This document shows, piece by piece, positions 24,843 through 32,105 of a stretch of DNA of 32,105 nucleotides. Within the stretch, counting starts at the first letter, position 1. Each line of letters opens with the position of its first letter. The notes beneath the pieces are model-generated. The model did no database searches, was not told the origin of the DNA, and was given only the letters and a program-made list of their open reading frames with translations. Source of the stretch: Armatimonadota bacterium (GTDB lineage Bacteria; Armatimonadota; Armatimonadia; Armatimonadales; Armatimonadaceae); assembly GCA_043754515.1 (NCBI GenBank), contig JAYUUO010000189.1:1-32105 (forward strand), given 5' to 3'. A program made the position numbers and the translations under genes.

Positions 24843-26915
24843 TTAGAACGGCAATGGCTGCACCGCCTTGGAGATCAGAGCGAGCGCGATGGCACCCATC
24901 GAGATAAGGCCCGTGCCGCACGCGAACCCGGCCAGAAGCACCGGCGCGTAGTCACGCCACTTCTGCTCGCCGATCTTTTTCGCGAAGTAGTACTTCGACA
25001 GGATGCCGCCGAACAGCATCGGGATCGTGTCGCCGGGGTACGCGTTCGCGCCGCCCGCCGCGCCGTAGAACGCCAGGATCGGGGCCTTCACCGCGATCAT
25101 GATTGCGTACAGCATCATCGCAACCACGCCGCCGCCGACGATAATCAGCGGTTTAAACGCGCTGAGCACGAAGCTCGCGCCGTCCGGCTTGTTGATCTGG
25201 TTGAAAATCGCCTGGTTCGTCGCCGCGATCGGCCACAGTTTCTGCGCGAATGGATACTGCGCGGACGGGATCGGCGACGTGTGCCAGATGAACTGCCAGT
25301 AGAGGAAGCCGCCAATCAGGATCAGCGGGAACATCAGTAGTTCCGCCTTGATGATAGACGTGAACTTGGTCTTCGTCAGTTCGACTTCGCGGAAAGACTG
25401 CGCGAGATAACCGTAGTCATGGAGCGGGAGCGGCGCGAACCAGACGTCCACGCGCTGGTAGTTCGACTTCATCACGGTGAGTTCTTTAAGGAACGGGAAG
25501 TTGATCCCCTGCGACGTCAGGCCGTACATCCGCGCGGCGATGAACGAGTTGAGTGGCGTCCAGACCAATCCATACACCACGAGGAGCCAGAGCGGAAACA
25601 TCGGGATCAAAAAATGCGTGGTCGCGATGTAGGCGATGGTCGCGCCGAACCAGACGCCGAAAGCCCATTTGATCGTGGCAGGGCTGTCACCACGGCCTTT
25701 GGGCACCACGTTCCACGCTCCGCGCCCGTCCTTACCCCCACCCCGCGCCGCGTCCACGGTTGCCTTAACGACCATGTACAAGCCGATGATCGCGATGGCG
25801 ATCTGGATACCGATACCCGCCGACATCCAGAAATCGAAGTTGGTCGCGATGCGGGTGTTGATGCTCTCCATGCCGGGGTGCCACTTCGGGAGCATGCCCA
25901 TGCGGTAGAGTATCGGGTTGCCGATCCACTGACAGAGGATGCTGGAGACGGTCGTACCGACCACCATGGAATAAGGTAGCACGAAGCCGATCAGCACCTT
26001 GCCCAGGTCACCCGACAGGTTGACCGGCGCGGCGGGCATGAACGTTTCCGTAGACTTCATGAAGTCGGCGAACGGGATCGGGATCAGCGTCACCGCCGTG
26101 CCAAACACGGTGGACGTGAACACCGGGATGGCGATATAGAACGCCCCGAAGATCAGCCCGATGATGGTGCCGGTGGAAAACACGCGCCAACGCCACGACT
26201 CTTCTTTGCTGGAGGCTTCGGCGAGCGCGGTCGCGCCCGACGCCGCCACGGACGCCAGCGGGAACGGCAGCCGCTCGATGTCGGACGTCGCCCGGAATAG
26301 GATATAGCCCGCCGGTATCCATGACACGCGTTCCAGAATCTGCGTCAGGATCAGCATGCCCATCGCGCCGCCGTGCGGCGTCCACCAGTCGCGGTGCAGG
26401 AACGAGCGTTGCACGATGCCCGCCGACTCCGGTTGGGGCGTCGCGAACCAGGGGATCTCGCGGGCGATGCTAGCGGCTTGCGGACTCTGGATGAAGTATT
26501 GGTTCCAGATCAGGTTGCCCATCGGGCCGCCCGAGATGCCCCGGTCGCCTAGCGCGACATAGGCGAGGCCGCCCGCGATGTAGTACAGCAGGTAAATCTC
26601 CTGGCGCGAGAGCGGCAGGAACGAGCGGCGGGCGACCTCGGCGAACAGCACGATGGTCACCCACTGTGCCGCCGAGCCGAGGCCCTGCCCCGCGACCAGG
26701 CCCAGGTAGATGGCACCCGGCATCATGATCAGGGCGACGAAGAGCGCGCCCAGGATGGACTTGATCGTGAAGCCTTCTTTGAACTCGGACTCCATATCCT
26801 CGCCCACGTCGGCGGTCTCGTCCACCCGTTCGCGGGCCGACTCGATGTCCTCCGACTCCTCGAACCGAGCCGAGCCGCCCGCGCTATCAGACCTGTTGTT
26901 TTGATTATCTGCCAC
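24843..26915 (-). CDS. Polytopic membrane protein, OPT/YSL oligopeptide transporter-like
   Basis: Many TM segments; F..GFTIKSILGALF, ERLPFP.A, and C-terminal YAPVLLAGFACG..L resemble OPT features; AAGGAG RBS before the GTG start. Confidence 0.75.
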   Translation of the reverse strand: MADNQNNRSDSAGGSARFEESEDIESARERVDETADVGEDMESEFKEGFTIKSILGALFVALIMMPGAIYLGLVAGQGLGSAAQWVTIVLFAEVARRSFLPLSRQEIYLLYYIAGGLAYVALGDRGISGGPMGNLIWNQYFIQSPQAASIAREIPWFATPQPESAGIVQRSFLHRDWWTPHGGAMGMLILTQILERVSWIPAGYILFRATSDIERLPFPLASVAASGATALAEASSKEESWRWRVFSTGTIIGLIFGAFYIAIPVFTSTVFGTAVTLIPIPFADFMKSTETFMPAAPVNLSGDLGKVLIGFVLPYSMVVGTTVSSILCQWIGNPILYRMGMLPKWHPGMESINTRIATNFDFWMSAGIGIQIAIAIIGLYMVVKATVDAARGGGKDGRGAWNVVPKGRGDSPATIKWAFGVWFGATIAYIATTHFLIPMFPLWLLVVYGLVWTPLNSFIAARMYGLTSQGINFPFLKELTVMKSNYQRVDVWFAPLPLHDYGYLAQSFREVELTKTKFTSIIKAELLMFPLILIGGFLYWQFIWHTSPIPSAQYPFAQKLWPIAATNQAIFNQINKPDGASFVLSAFKPLIIVGGGVVAMMLYAIMIAVKAPILAFYGAAGGANAYPGDTIPMLFGGILSKYYFAKKIGEQKWRDYAPVLLAGFACGTGLISMGAIALALISKAVQPLPF

Positions 26916-26980
26916 TGACTGTGTCTACCGCTCCTTAGTTTAACGGTGCCGCCCATTTTCAATGCGCGCCACGCCCGCGC

Positions 26981-29900
26981 CTACCGCGTCGCGTCCGCCA
27001 CGCTCGGGGACGCCTCACCCGCCGGCGACGTCGCTTCCGTCACCGTCTCGTTCAGGTACCGCTCGCGCTCGCCTTCCGACAGCGTGCGCCAGATCAGGAA
27101 CTGCTTGCGGAGCGTGTTCAGGAAGCGGCGGTTCACCCGCTTCCAGTTGGAAATGTCGCCAGAGACGCGTGTCAGGGTGAGACGCAAGTCGTACACGTCC
27201 TCGAAATCGGTCGGCACCGTTTCCAGCCGGATGAACTGCGAAACGCCTAAGTCGAACGGTGCCAGCCACGCCTTACACGCGACCCGGTAGGCCGTGCCGT
27301 ATTCCGAGTCGAACGTGTCCCTAGCAATGTTCTCCGTGATGAAGTCGCCGACCGAGTAGCCCTCGTACGAGCGGAACCACTCTGCGAGGAAGCCGTTGAC
27401 CCCCCACGCCTGGTTCCCGGTCACCGCGAACGGCAACCGGATCCGCCAGTCGTCGCCCTCCGGCTCCGGTAGCACCCACGTCTTGCCAGACGCGGGCGTC
27501 GCCACTTCCGCCGCCTTGCGGGCGGGCCAGATCGTAGAAAGGAGCACCACGGCGACCACGATCAGCGTGGACAGCACGGCAGATACTGACGAGAAGTTGA
27601 GTTGCAAGCCGCTCATCAGGTGGAACGTGGACAGGATTTTCGACACTCCCTGCCCGAGCACGTAGCCCGACACCGCACCCAGAATCGCGTACACGAACGC
27701 CTCCGCCATAAACAGCGTGCCGATATTTGTCGCGTTCAAGCCGATGGACGAAAAGACGTGTATTTCCTTCACGCGCTCGAACACGGAACCCAGCATCGTG
27801 TTGAGCACGATAAGCGCGGCGATAGCGATCGGGATGATGATCGTCTCGAAGCCGGTAGAACTGTTCGCGCCGATGGACGAGAACCGGTTGATCTTGCCCG
27901 CCGACGCCGCGTACAGGTTCATGTCAAACCGCTTCATCAGGTTGTTACGCAGATCGGACAGCACCCCGGCGTCGTCATCCGCATACCCGATGCCGACCGA
28001 GCGCAGATCGCCGCCCAGGTTCACCAGCGTCGTGTACGGGATGAAGAACACGACATCCGGGTCCAGATGCAGGTACTGCTGGAAGCCTGTGCTGTTATTC
28101 GCCTTGCCCTGCTGTTGCAGTTGCGACATCTGCACGAAGTCAACCGGGGTTAGCGGTTCCTGATCCAGGTCCTGCACGGTCTTGAATTTGTCCGGGTCGA
28201 GAATCCCGATCACGGTGTAGTTCTGGCCGGAGAACTCGATCTGCGCCGAGCCGACGTCCTTGTCCGAAATGCGCAGGGCGTCGGCGATCTTGCGCGGAAG
28301 GATCATCACCTGGCGATCCCCCTTCGCGAACCAGCGCCCGCCCGGCACGAGTGCCTTGTCCGCGCCGGTGATCTTCGCCTCTTCGGGCGACAGGCCGACC
28401 GCGCCCTTCGCGCCGAACTCGCGGTCCGCGCGTTTCACGGTCAGGAACGTCTGCTCTCCCGGCTGTGTCCCGAGGAACCAGCCGCGCGGCGCGACGAGAC
28501 GCGTCTTCCCGAACTCGTCGTCGAGGAGCCGGTACGCGACCTGTTGCAGGGAGTTCCAGTTCGGGTCGCGCATCAGAATGCCGTTGTAGGCGGGCACGCC
28601 CGGCGCAGGGACCTGGTTAAACCGCAGGTCGTCTACTATAGAGGTGAACGCGAGCACGGTGAACGTCAGTAAAACCAGAGTCGCACAGGTCAGCGCGGTG
28701 CGAGCCTTGCGCCGCCGCATGTTGCTGATGCCGAGCGAGAACGCCGCCGCCGCGATAGACCCGGAGCCCGCGTCCTTCTCATGCGTGCCCGTGGACTCCC
28801 GCGCGGAGTCTTTGAGCTGTTGCTCGAACTTGCCCCACACGAGCGATGTCACCAGTACCGAGAGCGCGAGCATGATGAACGACAGCAAGATGATCCCCGG
28901 ATTGAGCGTGATGTTGAACGCCGGGTGGATCGCCGCGAATATCAGAAAGACGCCGAGGAAGATACCGAACACCCCGAGCAGTTGACGCTTCAAGTCCGCG
29001 AAGCCGAAGAACAGCCGCTCGCCGAAGTAGGCGAACGGGATCATCAGGGCGAGGTAGAAGATGACGCCGTTCACGACGTCCTGTTGCGTCTTCGAGACGT
29101 TGGGGTAGGCGCGCGACTCGTAGCCCCAGGCCGCGCGGGAGAAGGCGTCGAACGCCTCGTAGTTGCGCGCCTTGAGCGCGTCTTCCGCCTTCGCGATATA
29201 AGTCTTCGCATCCGCGTGCAGTTTCACGACGCCCTGGTTGATGATGTTGTTGCGGCGGAGGCGGTCTATGCGGAACTCGTCCAGGCTCCACATGTCTTTC
29301 GCGACCGCGAGCGACGTGTTGGTGATCGCCGAGGAGCGCGACGAGTTGATCGCGTCCGAGCCGGCTCCCGCCCCCATCACATACCCCTCGCCCTCCGGGT
29401 TCTTCGACGTAGAGTTGATCAGCAGGAACCGGGTAGCGGCCGGGCCGGACCCCATCATGATCTTGAACTTGCGCAGGGAGTCTCCTGCTTTGGGCGCGCC
29501 GACGGCAGATTGTGCCGCCGTGAGCGGCGTATCACCATATTCGTTCCCGCGCCGCGCGAAGATGAGCGCGACGTCTTCCACGTACGAAATCCCCGCCTCC
29601 GGTTTCGGCAGCGCGAACCCGAACTGGCGCGGCTCGCCGTTCGAGGCACCGTCGAATATCGTGATGTCGGAGAGCGTTTTGAGTGCCTGCTGATCCACCA
29701 GGTCGAATATCGTCGTCGAGACGCACGGGAAGATGACGATGGTCGTTTCCTTCAGGCCAGACGTGATCTCGAACTCCGTCGGGAAGTCCTTGCCGGAAAC
29801 CCCCTTATCCGGCGCGTAGTCTATGTCGCCGGTCTGCGGATCGAGCCGGTACGCCGCCACGCTATGCGACGCGTTGTCGGCGGTCTTCGGCGGGACGCCC

Positions 29901-31846
29901 TTGAAGGCGAACAATGCCGCGCCATCCCGCGCTTTCTGCTCGGCGTCCTCGGCGACTTTGAACGCGGCGTTGACGGTCGCGATCCGCGCCGGGTCGCCGC
30001 TCGTCTTCGCGGCTTGTCTCTGAGTGTTCGCGGCGTCGAACGCGTCGCGCTTCATCTGCCAATCGTTCATCGAAACGCGCTGAATCCAGAATCCGCGCAC
30101 GCCCATGAACGACTTCGTGCCGGGGATAGAGGGATACCCGCCCACCGTCTGCGACGGGTACACCGCGAGCGCGTCGCCGATAGGGTCGTCCGGCACGAGC
30201 GACTTGCGCGGGTTGTACTCCCGCACCCGGCCCTTGATCGTCGCGAATCCGGAGCGCAGACCCATCCGCGTCCACTGCGACGGCTTGAACAAGGGGATCT
30301 GCTTCGTCGGTTCCGGCGAGTTGGGGTCGTTCGGGTCGTTGACATAGTGCTGGAACAGACACAGAAAGGTGCGCGCCTGGAATGCGAGGTTGGCGACGTT
30401 TACACGGTCCGGCGTGTCAAAGGGAGTATCAACCAGGTTTCGCGAGTCGTCAATGGAGGCGAACGTAACGCCGCTACCGCCCGCCATCCCGACCGCCTCG
30501 GAGTCGAAAGCGGGCTTGCCCGGAATGTAGTTGCGCCACGACTTGCCGTCAACCGGGTTCACGCCGTCCGCGAACGCCTTCTTCGGGTCGTTGCCGAACA
30601 CCTGCGCGACCTTGTCATTGTTCTCGCGGGCGACGCGGGCGATGTCGGAGAACAGGCTCTGCGTATCCTCGCGCACGTTGTAAAACCAGCCCTTGTAGAA
30701 GACGCCGATGCCGCGCGTTTGCGACGCCCAATCGAGGCCCGCCCAGAGGTAGATCGGCTCTTTCGGCTCCTTCTCGCCGCCGAACAATTTGGCAAACGGG
30801 CCGGGAACCTGCCAATCGTCAATATGCCGGTCAACCATCTCGCGCACGCCCTGCAACCCGAGGAAGTGACCCGATGTCGCGACGAACCAGATCGTGCGCT
30901 CGGAGCCGAGCTTCTTGAAGGTGCGCGCCGTTTGCAGGAGGCCCGCCATGCCCGCCGCCGCTTCCGCCGAGGGCGCGATAGTCGGCACCACCGACATGCC
31001 GTCGTAGTACGCCTGCACAACGATGATCTGGCGGGCTACCTTCGGGTCTTTCGACTTGCCGGGCAGGACGCCGATGAAGTTGCGCGCCTCGACGCTCTCC
31101 CAGGGCATGGACGCCTTCAGCGTCGCCACCGTGCCACGGGTGCCCGCCGCGAGCGCCAGCAATCCGGTCGCGTCGCGCCGCTTGACGTAGAAGCGGGGCA
31201 CGGCGACCGGGATCGAAACGAACTTCGCCTCCGCCTCCCCGCGCTGGGTGCGATCCGGCTCAATAAAGAGTATCGCCTTCGCACCGAGCCGGGGGGCGTT
31301 CATCCACTCGGAGCCGGAGTTGAAGTCAACCAGCACGATGGAACCGGCGACATCTTTGCCGTTCAGCGCGGACAGGGAGCCATTGCCGCCGTAGATCAGC
31401 GGCCCGGAAATGCCTTCGGGCGGGGTCTGCGAGGTGCGGACAAGGTTCGGCCAGATGCAGTTCAGCGGGATCGTCTTGCCGTTGACCGACAGCGTCGCGC
31501 CTTTGTCCATCGGCACGGTCGCGGTGAAGGTCTCAGTGCGGACATTCGCCCCACCGAAGAGGGAAACGAACTCTTTGGAAACATAGTCGGCGGCGTACCG
31601 CTCGCCGGGGTAGCCGACGACGCGCGAGCCATGCGTGGACAGTTCGCGGATCGTGTCGCGCATGGCGGCTGCATCCACGGTACCGGCGATGTCGCGGTAT
31701 TTCGTGGCGAGCGCGGCATCAATAGCGGCGCGGGACGCGGGCGCGAGCCAGCAGACCGCGAACGCGATCACTAACAGCGCAACCGGCGACACCGGTGAGA
31801 AATGGGCAAACACGCGGCGTCGGGCGGGCGCGGCGGTAATCGTCAT
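26981..31846 (-). CDS. 1621-aa fusion: signal peptide, PA domain, degenerate M28-peptidase-like domain, TM bundle, FtsX/MacB-type ABC permease, cytoplasmic C-terminal domain
   Basis: SRVVGYPG; GPLIYGGNG...DVAGSIVLVDF...LGAKAILF (PA domain); NFIGVLPG..IIVVQAYYD..RTIWFVATSGH (M28-like); NMRRRKARTALT and NTMLGSVFERVKEI.VFSSIG..WPARKA (FtsX); AAGAGG RBS. Confidence 0.88.
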   Translation of the reverse strand: MTITAAPARRRVFAHFSPVSPVALLVIAFAVCWLAPASRAAIDAALATKYRDIAGTVDAAAMRDTIRELSTHGSRVVGYPGERYAADYVSKEFVSLFGGANVRTETFTATVPMDKGATLSVNGKTIPLNCIWPNLVRTSQTPPEGISGPLIYGGNGSLSALNGKDVAGSIVLVDFNSGSEWMNAPRLGAKAILFIEPDRTQRGEAEAKFVSIPVAVPRFYVKRRDATGLLALAAGTRGTVATLKASMPWESVEARNFIGVLPGKSKDPKVARQIIVVQAYYDGMSVVPTIAPSAEAAAGMAGLLQTARTFKKLGSERTIWFVATSGHFLGLQGVREMVDRHIDDWQVPGPFAKLFGGEKEPKEPIYLWAGLDWASQTRGIGVFYKGWFYNVREDTQSLFSDIARVARENNDKVAQVFGNDPKKAFADGVNPVDGKSWRNYIPGKPAFDSEAVGMAGGSGVTFASIDDSRNLVDTPFDTPDRVNVANLAFQARTFLCLFQHYVNDPNDPNSPEPTKQIPLFKPSQWTRMGLRSGFATIKGRVREYNPRKSLVPDDPIGDALAVYPSQTVGGYPSIPGTKSFMGVRGFWIQRVSMNDWQMKRDAFDAANTQRQAAKTSGDPARIATVNAAFKVAEDAEQKARDGAALFAFKGVPPKTADNASHSVAAYRLDPQTGDIDYAPDKGVSGKDFPTEFEITSGLKETTIVIFPCVSTTIFDLVDQQALKTLSDITIFDGASNGEPRQFGFALPKPEAGISYVEDVALIFARRGNEYGDTPLTAAQSAVGAPKAGDSLRKFKIMMGSGPAATRFLLINSTSKNPEGEGYVMGAGAGSDAINSSRSSAITNTSLAVAKDMWSLDEFRIDRLRRNNIINQGVVKLHADAKTYIAKAEDALKARNYEAFDAFSRAAWGYESRAYPNVSKTQQDVVNGVIFYLALMIPFAYFGERLFFGFADLKRQLLGVFGIFLGVFLIFAAIHPAFNITLNPGIILLSFIMLALSVLVTSLVWGKFEQQLKDSARESTGTHEKDAGSGSIAAAAFSLGISNMRRRKARTALTCATLVLLTFTVLAFTSIVDDLRFNQVPAPGVPAYNGILMRDPNWNSLQQVAYRLLDDEFGKTRLVAPRGWFLGTQPGEQTFLTVKRADREFGAKGAVGLSPEEAKITGADKALVPGGRWFAKGDRQVMILPRKIADALRISDKDVGSAQIEFSGQNYTVIGILDPDKFKTVQDLDQEPLTPVDFVQMSQLQQQGKANNSTGFQQYLHLDPDVVFFIPYTTLVNLGGDLRSVGIGYADDDAGVLSDLRNNLMKRFDMNLYAASAGKINRFSSIGANSSTGFETIIIPIAIAALIVLNTMLGSVFERVKEIHVFSSIGLNATNIGTLFMAEAFVYAILGAVSGYVLGQGVSKILSTFHLMSGLQLNFSSVSAVLSTLIVVAVVLLSTIWPARKAAEVATPASGKTWVLPEPEGDDWRIRLPFAVTGNQAWGVNGFLAEWFRSYEGYSVGDFITENIARDTFDSEYGTAYRVACKAWLAPFDLGVSQFIRLETVPTDFEDVYDLRLTLTRVSGDISNWKRVNRRFLNTLRKQFLIWRTLSEGERERYLNETVTEATSPAGEASPSVADATR

Positions 31847-31960
31847 CGAGCGGTTTCCTCTTCGGGCGGGCGGACGGTTCCGTTTAGAACCACAGCAACG
31901 ACGCTGAAAGTTGTCGGTGTTCAGACAAACAGGATGAAAGAACCGTCTTGAGGCCGCCCT

Positions 31961-31969
31961 ATTGTAACA
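31961..31969 (-). promoter_or_regulatory. Extended -10 promoter candidate for the large operon
   Basis: On the minus strand TG-T-TACAAT, about 115 nt upstream of the start codon. Confidence 0.45.
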
Positions 31970-32007
31970 AACTCCGGTTGTTACCGCAAGGTGACAGGGG
32001 GCATAAA

Positions 32008-32105
32008 CAGGGCGATTGCATTAAACAGTTCGCCCTGTTTGTCCTAAAGTTCCGCAACCCCGCATGAAATCGCCCTCCCGTTCCCGAACACCGAGGCATG
32101 ACAAG
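32008..32105 (+). mobile_element. Fourth ISAs1-like terminal repeat; the element probably continues beyond the window
   Basis: cagggcgattgcatta at 32008 matches the MITE terminus; also part of a local inverted repeat aaacagggcga/tcgccctgttt (32005-32040). Confidence 0.5.

Noticed and set aside
24820..24921. Longer start for the 364-aa hypothetical
   Set aside because: It overlaps the 3' end of the OPT-like gene; GTG 24819 is more plausible.
28781..31774. 997-aa plus-strand ORF
   Set aside because: It is antisense to the 1621-aa gene, R/G/V-rich and motif-free: a typical shadow ORF of a high-GC coding strand.
31975..32060. c-di-GMP-I or other riboswitch
   Set aside because: Hairpins are present (including a GCAA-loop stem), but I could not match the conserved aptamer nucleotides; the main stem is explained by the MITE terminus.

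Overview
GC-rich bacterial chromosomal window. The gene content (PEP-CTERM protein, DUF1559/H-X9-DG prepilin-like protein, accD-accA, GH78) is compatible with an Armatimonadota/PVC-like diderm; this is an inference. Left to right: a CGNR/ABATE regulator divergent from a VOC - DUF1348 - PNPOx-like operon whose last gene has an in-frame TAG; an L,D-transpeptidase; tRNA-Ser(UGA); a PEP-CTERM protein; a YccA/BI-1 protein; two GT4 glycosyltransferases and a priming sugar transferase; a CDF transporter; an ATP-grasp protein; accA/accD; a 1242-aa secreted glycan-binding protein with an apparently inactivated GH99/DUF5010-like domain; an alpha-L-rhamnosidase; a prepilin-like protein; and a 10.5-kb minus-strand operon. 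That operon encodes a 1621-aa PA + degenerate M28 (nicastrin/nicalin-like) + FtsX permease fusion, an OPT-like transporter, two hypotheticals, a stand-alone PqqD/RRE protein, a minimal FtsX permease and a LolD-type ATPase. The operon is the best candidate for an uncharacterised system. The second highlight is a family of non-coding ISAs1-like MITEs (YAGGGCGATTGC terminal repeats, 10- or 20-bp target duplications), with three full copies and a fourth end in the window. All family assignments come from motif recognition by eye; no searches were run.
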